From NCBI GenBank assembly GCA_963724295.1, contig CAVRUC010000007.1:32001-96000 (forward strand): a stretch of 64,000 nt of DNA, written 5' to 3'. The notes beneath the pieces are model-generated. The model ran no database searches, was not told where the DNA came from, and saw only the letters and a program-made list of their open reading frames with translations. This stretch comes from an uncultured Chloroflexia bacterium. Its GTDB lineage: Bacteria; Chloroflexota; Chloroflexia; Thermomicrobiales; UBA6265. Positions 1 to 13,114 of the stretch are shown here, piece after piece; position 1 is the stretch's first letter; each line of letters begins with the position of its first letter. Both the position numbers and the translations under genes were made by a program.

Positions 1-474
<474 letters not shown>

Positions 475-792
475 AGGGAGTAGCAGTGGACCGCGTGGTC
501 GGTGAGACCGCGGGAGGTCGCTGCGGACCCGTGTCAAGCCGCCGAGTGGTGATCCGGCATCGGTGGGCACCGAGCCCCGAGGTCTTCCCGTCGCGAGACG
601 GTGGCAGGACCTGGCAGGGGCGCCACGGATGGCGGGGAGGTCGGCGGCGCCAGGTGCGGGCTGGCTGGTGAATGCTGTTGGGCGGAGACGAGACTCCGCG
701 CGCTCCGTCTTGGGCATGGGGCGACTGGTTCGGCGGGGAAGACCCGGGTCCTGTCCGCCGCTGGGGACGACGGGGCGCGTCCTCGGGGTCGC

Positions 793-866
793 GGGCGCGT
801 AGCTCAGGTGGTTAGAGCGCGGCCCTGATAAGGCCGAGGTCCCTGGTTCGAGTCCAGGCGCGCCCA
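793..866 (+). tRNA. tRNA-Ile(GAT)
   Basis: Cloverleaf: acceptor GGGCGCG/CGCGCCC-A, anticodon loop CT-GAT-AA, T-loop TTCGAGT; canonical ITS position. Confidence 0.97.
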
Positions 867-926
867 CCCGGTTCGGTCGGTGGCTGGCCTGGAGCGGGAA
901 CGCGGAGCGCCGGGACGCTGCTGTCG

Positions 927-999
927 GGGGCCGTAGCTTAGCTGGGAGAGCGCCGCCCTTGCACGGCGGAGGTCCGGGGTTCGAATCCCCGCGGCTCCA
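927..999 (+). tRNA. tRNA-Ala(TGC)
   Basis: Acceptor GGGGCCG/CGGCTCC-A with G3.U70, anticodon loop TT-TGC-AC, T-loop TTCGAAT. Confidence 0.97.
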
Positions 1000-1149
1000 C
1001 CTGGGGCGGGGAACGCCCGGGGCGGAGGTCCCCAGCAGGACCACCCGTCGCCACGCCAGCAGGCCAGTCGTGCTCGAGGCGAGCGCCAGTGAGGCGGTCA
1101 CCAGACCGCTAGCAGGTTGGGAGATCTCCTCCGAGGTCAGGACATGACT

Positions 1150-1220
1150 TCGGACGAGGTTTGACGACCTCGAGATCTGTGGGTCTGACGACCTGCGGGT
1201 CTGAACGACTTTCGGGTCTG
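1150..1220. repeat. Degenerate 8-nt periodic repeat in ITS
   Basis: TGACGACC TCGAGATC TGTGGGTC TGACGACC TGCGGGTC TGAACGACT TTCGGGTC. Confidence 0.6.
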
Positions 1221-1231
1221 CACCTTGACAA
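1219..1231 (+). promoter_or_regulatory. boxA-like antitermination element in ITS
   Basis: TGCACCTTGACAA resembles rrn boxA (TGCTCTTTAACAA) and lies between tRNA-Ala and 23S. Confidence 0.55.
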
Positions 1232-1540
1232 TGCGCCACGCGGAACCCGCCGGGTTCTGCGGCCGCGGGACGAGGCCAGCCCTTGAGGGGTCTGGCGCGA
1301 TCCGAGCCTGACGTCGCACCGAGACCGGTGGGACGCGGGGGCTCGTGTCTGCGTGCCCGCGCGCACTGCACAGCACATACACAAACACACAAAGACACAC
1401 GAACCACACAAACACACCGTAATCTCCACGAGGCGTCGTGCGAACGGGGCAGCGGGGCGGACGTGCGACCAGGCGGGACCATCCCGCTGGCGCGTGCCGG
1501 TCTGCGGTCGCGGACACGACGATCTCGGATGGGAGGCGGC

Positions 1541-4572
<3,032 letters not shown>

Positions 4573-4751
4573 GTGTGCTTCCCGTCTGGGGTCGTGACCC
4601 GACCGCGGGGCGGCCCGCGCCAGCGTGAGGGGGTCTCCCTCCTCTGGCCGGCGCCCCACGACGGACCCGACACGAGCGAGCCAGGGATACCAGTGAGACG
4701 TGTATGCGGCTGCGCAGGGCGCGCGGGCACGCGGACAGGAGCGTGCGGAGG

Positions 4752-4811
4752 CCTTCCGGAGGGGCGTCTTCCCGGAGGGGAGTCTTCCCGGAGGGGACTC
4801 TCCGAGAGAGG
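4752..4811. repeat. Tandem ~16-nt quasi-palindromic repeats in 23S-5S spacer
   Basis: CTTCCGGAGGGG-CGT-CTTCCCGGAGGGG-AGT-CTTCCCGGAGGGG-ACT-CTCCGAGAGAGG. Confidence 0.7.
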
Positions 4812-4878
4812 CGATCTCCGTGGCACTGGCGCAGCAAGCAGCAAGGGGCCCCGGCTCTCCGGTGGGAGGGTGGGGGGT

Positions 4879-4996
4879 GCCCGTGGCCGAGAGCGTGCTG
4901 GCCCCACCCGGTCCCATCCCGAACCCGGTCGTGACCCAGCGCAGCGCCGGAGAGTACTGTGGGGGCGACCCCACGGGAGGCGAGGCCGCCGCGGAC
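4879..4996 (+). rRNA. rrf: 5S rRNA (ends approximate)
   Basis: CACCCGGTCCCATCCCGAACCCGG, loop E AGTAC, terminal stem CCGTGGC/GCCGCGG, ~118 nt, follows 23S. Confidence 0.95.
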
Positions 4997-5016
4997 ACCC
5001 CCCACCCTCGTACTGC

Positions 5017-5110
5017 AGTCGGCAAGTCGGTTAGTCGGTCAGTCGGTTAGTCGGGACGTGGCTCACAGCTATTAGCTCATAGCTCGAAATAGCTCCGAGC
5101 CGAAAGCCAG
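5017..5110. repeat. Tandem 8-mer (AGTCGGNN x5) followed by degenerate heptamers (TAGCTCA-like)
   Basis: AGTCGGCA AGTCGGTT AGTCGGTC AGTCGGTT AGTCGGGA, then TGGCTCA CAGCTAT TAGCTCA TAGCTCG. Confidence 0.75.
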
Positions 5111-5117
5111 TCACCGC

Positions 5118-5193
5118 CGCGGGGTGGAGCAGCGGCAGCTCGTTGGGCTCATAACCCAAAGGTCGGGGGTTCGAATCCCCCCCCCCGCTACCA
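5118..5193 (+). tRNA. Initiator tRNA-fMet(CAT)
   Basis: 5' CGCGGGG with unpaired C1, three G-C pairs at base of anticodon stem (TTGGG/CCCAA), loop CT-CAT-AA, encoded CCA; C-run is one base longer than the fold needs. Confidence 0.95.
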
Positions 5194-5196
5194 GTG

Positions 5197-5238
5197 GCAA
5201 ACGCCGGCACCAGTTGGTGCCGGCGTTGCTGTTTCTCT
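5197..5238 (+). terminator. Probable rrn operon terminator hairpin
   Basis: AACGCCGGCACC-AGTT-GGTGCCGGCGTT stem followed by a pyrimidine-rich tract. Confidence 0.7.
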
Positions 5239-5250
5239 CAGCAGCGAATC

Positions 5251-5991
5251 GTGCTTCAATCTCGCCTGGACAGCCTCAGGCGAGATTCGACTTCCGGGGG
5301 CATCATCGACGCCTTCAGACACGCTGCTGAATTCGCGATTGATTTCGTCTATCCAAAGCGCTGTGCCGGTTGCGATCGGCGCGGAACCTGGTTGTGTGAT
5401 GACTGTGCTACTGCGTTGCCACTCTTCACCATACCGTGGTGCGACCGATGTGGTGTGCCGGGGACGTATCTGCATTGTAGGTGCCAGTCAACACCCGCCA
5501 ATCTGAAACAAGTCCGGTCGGTCGGACCATTCGATGGCTGGCTGCGCGGTGCCGTCGTTAAGTTCAAATACCATGGGGAGTGGGGGAGAACGCCGCAACT
5601 CGGTGCGCTGCTGGCAAGCACGATCGCCCAACTGCACGACGTTGACGCGCTCATACCAGTGCCACTTCACTCGACTCGACTTCGTCAACGTGGTTTTAAC
5701 CAATCGCTCCTGCTGGCACAGTACGCAGGAGAGGTGCTGACGGTGGAGGTCAAGGAGGCACTCGTTCGCACCCGCCGGACCGAGGCTCAGGTTAGCCTGG
5801 GGGCGCAAGAAAGGAAGGCGAACGTCGCTGGAGCCTTCGCCGTGCAGCCGAACATCGCGGTGGCCGGTCTCTCCATAGCGCTGATCGATGATGTTGTCAC
5901 GACTGGGTCGACACTCTCCGCTTGCGCCGAAGTGCTCAATGCCGCGGGAGCAGCCTCCATCAAGGCGGTGAGCCTGGCCCGCGACATGTAA
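5251..5991 (+). CDS. comF: ComF family protein (double Zn ribbon + phosphoribosyltransferase); start uncertain
   Basis: CAGC..LCDDC..CDRC..C.C, RGFNQS, LIDDVVTTGST. Confidence 0.9.
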   Translation: MLQSRLDSLRRDSTSGGIIDAFRHAAEFAIDFVYPKRCAGCDRRGTWLCDDCATALPLFTIPWCDRCGVPGTYLHCRCQSTPANLKQVRSVGPFDGWLRGAVVKFKYHGEWGRTPQLGALLASTIAQLHDVDALIPVPLHSTRLRQRGFNQSLLLAQYAGEVLTVEVKEALVRTRRTEAQVSLGAQERKANVAGAFAVQPNIAVAGLSIALIDDVVTTGSTLSACAEVLNAAGAASIKAVSLARDM

Positions 5992-6004
5992 CTCACCGCG
6001 CTCG

Positions 6005-7168
6005 TCACGGACGCATGGTGGAAATAACTTCCCGTGCCGCGGCACGCGCCCAGCGGTCGGCGTCCCAAATCGACTCGAGCGACACCTTCGCCGGCTGATG
6101 CTTCTCCACTACGGTCTCTACTGCCGCAGAAATGTCGGGGAAACGCAGCTCTCCGGCGAGAAACGCCGCAACTGCCTCGTCGTCGGCCGCGCTCAGAACC
6201 GTTGGATACGTGCGCCCGGCAATGCCCACTTCCCGCCCCAGTCGCAACGCGGGAAATCGCTCAATGTCCGGCCGCTCAAAGTGGAGCACTCCGATGTCAG
6301 CCAGATCGAGCCGGTCAGCGGAGAGATTCATCCGCTCTGGATACGTCAAGGCATACTGAATTGGCATCCTCATGTCAGGGATGCCCAACTGGGCCACCTG
6401 TGCGCCGTCAACGAATTCAACAAGTGAGTGAACAACACTTTCCGGGTGAACGAGCACGTCAATCTGCTCATAGGGCAGGCCGAAGAGCCAGTGGGCTTCA
6501 ATGATCTCCAGACCCTTGTTCATCAACGTTGCGGAATCGACGGTGATCTTGCCGCCCATGGACCAGGTCGGATGTGAGAGGGCCTGAGCCGCTGTCACTC
6601 GAGCGAGCTCTGATGCCGGTGTTGCTCGAAATGGCCCGCCTGAGGCCGTCAGAATGATCCGGCTCACTTGTTCGATCGGGGTGCCGTCGAGCGCTTGCCA
6701 AATCGCCGAGTGCTCGCTGTCTACTGGGCGAATGGGGGCATGACTTGAAGCCGCCAGAGGAGCGATGATCTCCCCGGCACAAACGAGCGTCTCCTTGTTT
6801 GCTAGCGCGACGGTCTTGCCTAGCTCGAGAGCTCGAATTGTGGGGACGATTGCCACGTGTCCGGAGCTGGCGACCACCGCGATCTCGACAGAGTGGTGGG
6901 TCGATGCCGCGATGAGACCCTCATCTCCAAGTGCTACCGGCCCAGTGTTCTTGCCGAGAGCGGGAGTCCATTCAAATACCGCGGCAACCTCAGGCCTGTA
7001 ACGAGTGACTTGATCGAGAAATCGTTCAGATGCGGTGCGAGCAGCCAGGGCAACGACTCGGAATCGGTCTGACTGCTCGTCGATGACATTGAGCGCTTGG
7101 CGGCCAACCGAACCGGTGGAGCCAATTACAGCGACTCCGATGCGACTGTCGTCCCCGGTGGAAGTCAC
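6005..7168 (-). CDS. dxr: 1-deoxy-D-xylulose-5-phosphate reductoisomerase
   Basis: GSTGSVG, LANKETLV, PVDSEHSAI, TASGGPF, HPTWSMGGKITVDSATLMNKGLE. Confidence 0.98.
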   Translation of the reverse strand: MTSTGDDSRIGVAVIGSTGSVGRQALNVIDEQSDRFRVVALAARTASERFLDQVTRYRPEVAAVFEWTPALGKNTGPVALGDEGLIAASTHHSVEIAVVASSGHVAIVPTIRALELGKTVALANKETLVCAGEIIAPLAASSHAPIRPVDSEHSAIWQALDGTPIEQVSRIILTASGGPFRATPASELARVTAAQALSHPTWSMGGKITVDSATLMNKGLEIIEAHWLFGLPYEQIDVLVHPESVVHSLVEFVDGAQVAQLGIPDMRMPIQYALTYPERMNLSADRLDLADIGVLHFERPDIERFPALRLGREVGIAGRTYPTVLSAADDEAVAAFLAGELRFPDISAAVETVVEKHQPAKVSLESIWDADRWARAAAREVISTMRP

Positions 7169-8046
7169 TAGCTTCCGAATCGCCCGAATCCAACCGACAT
7201 CAGGAAGCCAACTGGAAACGCAAAGAGCAGTGCATCGATGCGATCGAGAACGCCTCCATGGCCCGGCACTATCGAGCCACTATCTTTCACCCCCGCTTGC
7301 CGCTTCAGGAGCGATTCGGCTAGATCGCCAATCTGGCCAGCAAGTCCGATAACCGCGCCGACGATCAGACCTAGCCACCAGTTTCCGAGACCGAAACTCT
7401 GAAATGAACCAGCTCCCACAGCCATCGACGCCAAAATGCCGGCGACAGCGCCCTCCCTGGATTTGTTTGGACTGATCAGCGGAGCCAGCTTTTGATTGCC
7501 GAGAGCCCGCCCGGCTAACAAGGCGACGGAATCACCGATCCAAATTGCCAGGACCACCACAAGCGCCCAGGCCATACCCCGAGGCGCCGGATCCCAGTCA
7601 ACTGCAAACCGGCGGGCGATCTCTGACAGCCAGGCCGCGTCAATCACACCAGGACTGGCGCGAGTGGCAACTGCCGCGTAGACCGGGAGTCCGAGATACA
7701 GAGAACCGGTCGACACGAATGCCCAATTTGAGAATCCGCCTGGATCAGCGGGTCTTCGGAAAAGCACCACGAGAGGCGCTACAACTGCGAGAAACGCGAT
7801 CGAAAGCAGCGAAGTCGCCGTCGCGTCGAGCAACGCCGTGCATCCGAGTGCGGCTACGACCACGTAGCCGACCCGCGATTCAGATCCGCTTCCAGCGGTG
7901 CTAACCTTGGCTACTAACTCCAGATACTCTCGATAGCCAGCGACGCCCAAGGCAATCATGAACAAGCCGAAGATTGGGCCACCGATCAAGAGAGGAATCA
8001 GACCGACCGCCACAACAAGCAGGGAGCCAATGATCCGCGTTCGCAC
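7168..8046 (-). CDS. cdsA: Phosphatidate cytidylyltransferase
   Basis: Multi-TM; SPNKSREG, GDLAESLLKR, KDSGSIVPGHGGVLDRID; between uppS and dxr; start GTG chosen by position. Confidence 0.95.
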   Translation of the reverse strand: MRTRIIGSLLVVAVGLIPLLIGGPIFGLFMIALGVAGYREYLELVAKVSTAGSGSESRVGYVVVAALGCTALLDATATSLLSIAFLAVVAPLVVLFRRPADPGGFSNWAFVSTGSLYLGLPVYAAVATRASPGVIDAAWLSEIARRFAVDWDPAPRGMAWALVVVLAIWIGDSVALLAGRALGNQKLAPLISPNKSREGAVAGILASMAVGAGSFQSFGLGNWWLGLIVGAVIGLAGQIGDLAESLLKRQAGVKDSGSIVPGHGGVLDRIDALLFAFPVGFLMSVGFGRFGS

Positions 8047-8051
8047 AAGAC

Positions 8052-8832
8052 TTAACGATTCACAAGGGGGGGCGTGGACTCGCAACTGGGTACACCGCCG
8101 AACCGACGCTCGCGCCTGCCGAACTCGGAGACAGCTTCAAAGAGATCATCTGGGCCGAAATCCGGCCAAAGCGTCGGTGTGAAGAAAAGCTCCGCATACG
8201 CCGATTGCCAGAGCAAAAAATTACTAATGCGGTGCTCTCCCGAAGTGCGAATGATGAGATCGGGATCCGGCAGATCCCGAGTAAACAAGTGGGCTTGCAA
8301 CGTCTCTTCGTCGATGTCCGCCGCTTGGACACCACTCGCAATGAGGCTCTTTAATCGCGGCGAGGAGTTCCTGACGTCCACTGTAGTTGAATGCAAGTGT
8401 CAGAATCAGTCGGTTGTTACTCCGCGTGCGGTCGATCGCAGCACGCACTGCGGTCTGAAGTTGCGGATCGAGCCCCTCAAGGCTACCGATGTGGCGCAAT
8501 TGCGCCCCTTGCCGGTCTAATTCCTGGGTTTCGCGCTCAATAACACCAGCGAGAATGTGGAGAATGCCCTCGATCTCTTCGCGGGGGCGCCGCCAGTTGT
8601 CCGTCGAAAAAGCCCACAGGGTCAAGTACTCGACGCCTAGTTGAGCGGCAGTCGTCGTGATGCGCCGGATGTTGTCCGTTCCATGCTGGTGGCCAGCGAG
8701 TCGCGGTAGTCCGCGTTGCGCCGCCCATCGGCCATTGCCATCCATGATGATTGCGACGTGACGCGGGATATCGGAACGACAAGGCCGAGCTGGACCCGCG
8801 GCAGTCTCACGGTCGTCGCTCGATGGCTGCAT
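8052..8832 (-). CDS. uppS: Isoprenyl transferase UppS (frameshift near 8350, probable extra A)
   Basis: HVAIIMDGNGRWA and FSTDNWRR in one frame; DPDLIIRTSGEHRISNFLLWQ in the next. Confidence 0.93.
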
Positions 8833-8905
8833 CACCCACCAGCCCGCGAACGTGGAGTACGGGGATACGCTAGAAAGCGAGAGAGCAGCGGGACCAAGGC
8901 GATGC

Positions 8906-9463
8906 TCAAACCTCGAGGACCTCCTGTTCCTTGGCCTTGCCAACCCGCTCCGCATCGCTCACGTACCGTCTGGTCAGTTCATCCACCTGGTGCTCGGCGC
9001 GGCGTTCATCGTCTTCACCAATAAGTTTCTCGCCCAAGAGATCCTTGACGTGCGCCATGGCATCACGCCGAATATTCCGCAACGCCACTTTGCCTTCCTC
9101 AACATGGCCGTGAACGAGCTTGACCAACTGCTTCCGACGCTCCTCAGTGAGCGGAGGAATTGCGATCCGTACGACCTGGCCATCGTTGGTCGGATTCAGG
9201 CCCAGCTCCGATTTTCTGATCGCCTTCTCAATCGCGGCCATCGAGCCCCGGTCCCAAGGCTGGATCACAAGCATTCTTGGCTCGGGAACGGAGATGCCGG
9301 CGAGTTGATTGAGTGGAGTGGAGCTGCCGTAATAGTCAACTGGCAGACGCTCCACTAGCGAGGGGGAAGCGCGACCCGTTCGAATGGTTGCCAGGTCGCG
9401 TCGGAGCGCGTCGATGGCTTTTCCCATCCGGACCTCGGCGTCGTCCATGACGTCTTTGATCAT
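8906..9463 (-). CDS. frr: Ribosome recycling factor
   Basis: IRTGRASP, LGLNPTNDG, PPLTEERR, RNIRR. Confidence 0.98.
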   Translation of the reverse strand: MIKDVMDDAEVRMGKAIDALRRDLATIRTGRASPSLVERLPVDYYGSSTPLNQLAGISVPEPRMLVIQPWDRGSMAAIEKAIRKSELGLNPTNDGQVVRIAIPPLTEERRKQLVKLVHGHVEEGKVALRNIRRDAMAHVKDLLGEKLIGEDDERRAEHQVDELTRRYVSDAERVGKAKEQEVLEV

Positions 9464-9593
9464 GCGATGGTCTCCTCGGAATCGCCCTGAACCAGACGGC
9501 TCGTCGCGGGCGTCCCTCTACCCCGATTGATCGCCTCGTGATTGTACGACGCGGTGCGGCGCCCAGGGCAGCCAGGTGCATTGGAAACGTCGA

Positions 9594-10331
9594 CTAGAAA
9601 AACTCGGACGACCCAGGTGTAATGAGCGTTCCAACGGGCTCACCGAGAGCTGCTTCCTCGATGCCCGATTGATGGCTGATGTCGAAGACCACAATCGGCA
9701 GACCGTTGTCGCGAAGCAGAGCGAGCGCCGACATGTCCATGACTTTCAGGTCTCGTTCAACGGCCTCCTGGTGACTAATGCGCTTATAGCGGCGGGCTGA
9801 CGGGTCACTATTGGGATCCGCGGAATAGACGCCATCCACACGGTTCTTGGCCATGAGCAGGACATCGGCATCCAATTCCAGCGATCGAAGTGCGGCGGCA
9901 GTATCTGTGGTGAAAAAGGGGTTGCCCGTGCCCGCGGCGAGAATAACCACTCGGCCTTTTTCCATGTGGCGAATCGCGCGCCGACGAATGTACGGTTCTG
10001 CCACCTCGTGCATTTCGATAGCGGTCATGACCCGCGTCTGGACTTCCTGCTTCTCCAGCGCGTCCTGAAGGGCAAGCGCATTGAGCACGGTTGCCACCAT
10101 CCCCATGTAGTCGGCGGTGGCACGATCCATTCCCTGGCTGCTTGCCGAAATGCCTCGCCAGATATTGCCGCCGCCTATGACGATCGCCGTCTCGACCCCG
10201 TGCTCTTTCACCCGCTTGATTTGCAGGGCAAGGCGGTCGACAACTGCCGGATCAATGCCGAAGGCGGACTCCCCGACCATCGCCTCGCCGCTGAGTTTGA
10301 GGAGGACTCGATGGAACCGCTCGTTCGCCAC
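9594..10331 (-). CDS. pyrH: UMP kinase
   Basis: LLKLSGEA, GGGNIWRG, GTGNPFFTTDTAAALR. Confidence 0.98.
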   Translation of the reverse strand: MANERFHRVLLKLSGEAMVGESAFGIDPAVVDRLALQIKRVKEHGVETAIVIGGGNIWRGISASSQGMDRATADYMGMVATVLNALALQDALEKQEVQTRVMTAIEMHEVAEPYIRRRAIRHMEKGRVVILAAGTGNPFFTTDTAAALRSLELDADVLLMAKNRVDGVYSADPNSDPSARRYKRISHQEAVERDLKVMDMSALALLRDNGLPIVVFDISHQSGIEEAALGEPVGTLITPGSSEFF

Positions 10332-10396
10332 GACCCCTCCCAGGTCAACCCGGGCCGAGCAGAGGTCGGATGGACACCCTCTGCTGTCGGCGTTGT

Positions 10397-10954
10397 CTAC
10401 TCTTCCGCCGCGCTGTTTCCTGTTCCGACTTCGAACCGGGCAAATCGCCGGACGACAATGTTCTCGCCGAGCTTTCCGATCTTTTCCCGGACGAGATCCC
10501 TGATAGTCTGCTTCGGGTCCTTGATGAAAGGCTGTTCCATGAGGACCACAGCCGCCGCGGCCCGTTCGCGGTCGCCATGCTCCTTTTCGAGATCAGTCCA
10601 CGCTCCGGAGGGGACTTCGTCGATGGAGACATAACTCGGCGACGTCGCCGCGACCTGCATTGCAAGATCGTGCGCGAGTTCCCGAAACTCCGGCGTCCGA
10701 GCTACAAAATCGGTCTCGCAATTGACTTCGATAATCGATCCGATACGCCCGGCTCCGTGAATGTATGGCTCGATCAGCCCCTGAGAAGCCGCTCGGCCCG
10801 TCTTCTTGTCGGCCTTGGCCAAGCCCTGTTGTTTGAGCAGGTCGACGGCCTTGGCGATGTCACCTTCGACCTGTTCCAGCGCTCGCTTGCACTCCATGAT
10901 TCCAGCTCCGCTCTTTTCGCGGAGCTCCTTGACCTGGTTTGCTGTTACCACCAT
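10397..10954 (-). CDS. tsf: Elongation factor Ts (short form, 185 aa)
   Basis: VKELREKSGAGIMECKRAL, EVNCETDFVA, GENIVVRRFARF. Confidence 0.98.
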   Translation of the reverse strand: MVVTANQVKELREKSGAGIMECKRALEQVEGDIAKAVDLLKQQGLAKADKKTGRAASQGLIEPYIHGAGRIGSIIEVNCETDFVARTPEFRELAHDLAMQVAATSPSYVSIDEVPSGAWTDLEKEHGDRERAAAAVVLMEQPFIKDPKQTIRDLVREKIGKLGENIVVRRFARFEVGTGNSAAEE

Positions 10955-11069
10955 CTATTCACTCTCCAACATTTCGCAATGCCGCCCGGTCTTATTGCGC
11001 GGCATACATGTGATGAATACAGCGCTAGCTTTCGAGAACCGCAATGCGCATTCGCGCGTCGTCCCCAAG

Positions 11070-11927
11070 CTACGCTTGCGCCTCCTGATCGGCTCCTGCG
11101 GCGACGTCCGCAGCCACTAGTTCCCTGCCATCTTCGTCGCCCGCAAAGAGTTCGGCGAAGTCTGAATGGCGCGACTCGGCCGGCACCTCGCGGTCCGCCT
11201 GAGCGATTTCGAAGCGCGTCTGTCCTTCAATTGCCGCGTCCGCAATCCCCGCGGTGAGGAGCCTGACAGCTCGGATCGCGTCATCGTTGGCGGGAACGAG
11301 AAAGTCCGCATCGTCTGGATCACAGTTCGTGTCCGTGACGGCAATGACGGGAATGCTCAGGCGACGCGCCTCGTGCACCGCCAGCTGCTCCCGCTTAGGA
11401 TCGATGATGAAGATCCCCGCCGGCAGCTGTGTCATGTCCCGCATGCCGCCTAGCGTTCGCTCGAGTCGTTCGAGCTCGGCCAGCTTGCCTGCGGCTTCCT
11501 GCTTGGGAAGCAGGTCAAATGCGCCCCGGGTCATCTCGGCTTGAAGCTGTTTCATGTAGCGCAATCGGTTGCGGATCGTCACGAAGTTCGTCAGCGTTCC
11601 CCCAAGCCAACGCCGGTTCACATAGTATTGCCCGGAACGCCGGGCTTCTCGTTCGACGACGTCTTGCGCTTGTTTCTTGGTACCCACAAAGAGAATCTTG
11701 CCACCCCGGGACGTCGCGTCGACGACAAAATCGTGCGCTGCGGCGAGGAGTGGAACAGTCTGCTGGAGATCGATGATGTGTATGCCATTGCGCTCGGCAA
11801 AAATGTACGGCTTCATTTTCGGGTTCCAGCGCTTTGCCTGATGCCCGAAATGCACGCCTGCTTCGAGCAGCGCTTTAAGGGTCACCCTGGGCGATTGCCC
11901 GTGGATGCTGGTCGCGGTCGTATCCAT
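11070..11927 (-). CDS. rpsB: 30S ribosomal protein S2
   Basis: [40 protein letters not shown] before ATG 11927. Confidence 0.98.
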   Translation of the reverse strand: MDTTATSIHGQSPRVTLKALLEAGVHFGHQAKRWNPKMKPYIFAERNGIHIIDLQQTVPLLAAAHDFVVDATSRGGKILFVGTKKQAQDVVEREARRSGQYYVNRRWLGGTLTNFVTIRNRLRYMKQLQAEMTRGAFDLLPKQEAAGKLAELERLERTLGGMRDMTQLPAGIFIIDPKREQLAVHEARRLSIPVIAVTDTNCDPDDADFLVPANDDAIRAVRLLTAGIADAAIEGQTRFEIAQADREVPAESRHSDFAELFAGDEDGRELVAADVAAGADQEAQA

Positions 11928-11944
11928 GGATCCTCCTGCATGGT

Positions 11945-12066
11945 GTTGAACTTCCGCGCCCTTCAACCTGATGCGGGACCCACGCAAAGTGAGCACACCC
12001 GCCGCAGTCCAGGCGCGTGACACATTTCAGCGCAGCCACAGGGCCGCGCCACGGGGGAGTATACCA
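11945..12066 (-). promoter_or_regulatory. Extended -10 promoter (TGgTATACT) and structured rpsB 5' leader
   Basis: TGGTATACT on minus strand at 12058-12066; GC-rich leader in the position of S2 autoregulatory leaders. Confidence 0.5.
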
Positions 12067-12107
12067 GTCCAACCTCGATCAACTGAAAATGGACGCCGCG
12101 CCGCGGC

Positions 12108-13049
12108 TCATGCGGGCGCGGGTTGCAGAAACTCCTCTATGACGAAGCCCGACTGACCGGTATCGACCACCGTCACCGGCCACCAGTCGCACTGGCCCGC
12201 CTCTTGGAATTCACCTGTGACTTGCAACCTGGTGCCCTCTGGCAATACCACAACTGGTGCGCTGTCGGTGGAAGGCCCCTCGCGAAGATTGAGCTCGGCG
12301 GTTGTCGCGACGACCGCTCCCACATCATAGACAGGCAGGTTCGCGCACGGGTTAGCTGGATCAGACCCCGCCGCGGCGGGTGTCGGCGTCACCGCCTGTG
12401 ATGTTGCCAAAGCGGGAGCCGCGGTGGCTGTCGGAACAGCAGGGGGCCCAGGTGTCGGAGCAATCACGACCGCAGTCGCCGTCGGCGGCGCCGGCGTTGC
12501 TTCATTGACCGGGGTAATGACGGCGACGGTTTCTTGAGTGGGCGGCGGCTGTTCACCGCCGTCACCGATCAACGCCGACGCCCAGTACCACAAAAGGCCA
12601 ATCAGCAGCAGGAGTCCGACAACGGGCAGGGCGATCCGGAGGTAGTCGGTCCAATAGCGCTCCTCGGGCTGGTAGCTCACCGTGCGCTCCTCACTTGGTC
12701 CAGCCCGGCCCTGTCCGTCAGCCATGATCTCACCTCCAGACCGCCCTGAATCGCGACCAAGGCGCAGGGCGGCTGTCTCGAGCGGGGGAGCTTGGGACGC
12801 GATGGAGCTGTGGTGCGGAATGGCTCCTTGCGCGCTCGCAGGCTCCCAGAGACCCTTTGCCGCGGCGTTCTCGCAATCCAGCGTCCTCGAGTCAACCGGA
12901 TGGCTTTCTTGCGGCCCGTAGAGCCGCGCATTCCGGCACCACCCGTGACGCCAGACGGCGGATGGCTCGTAGAACCGGCAGGTGCCACACGCCCGCAACG
13001 TCACTGGCCGCTCGTCGGTCGAAGCGTGCCGCGCGGGCGCCTGCGCCAC
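12108..13049 (-). CDS. Bitopic protein: N-terminal 4-Cys domain, TM helix, Pro/Thr/Ala linker, C-terminal bacterial SH3 domain
   Basis: CGTCRFY..GWC..DC; IALPVVGLLLLIGLLWYW; LNLREGPST..WWPV..GQSGFV..FL typical of SH3b. Confidence 0.8.
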   Translation of the reverse strand: MAQAPARHASTDERPVTLRACGTCRFYEPSAVWRHGWCRNARLYGPQESHPVDSRTLDCENAAAKGLWEPASAQGAIPHHSSIASQAPPLETAALRLGRDSGRSGGEIMADGQGRAGPSEERTVSYQPEERYWTDYLRIALPVVGLLLLIGLLWYWASALIGDGGEQPPPTQETVAVITPVNEATPAPPTATAVVIAPTPGPPAVPTATAAPALATSQAVTPTPAAAGSDPANPCANLPVYDVGAVVATTAELNLREGPSTDSAPVVVLPEGTRLQVTGEFQEAGQCDWWPVTVVDTGQSGFVIEEFLQPAPA

Positions 13050-13114
13050 GATTTGAGAGCGGCCAAGACAGGAGGAGATTGTACACCTCGCGGCTGCGCG
13101 CTTGACGACTGGAG

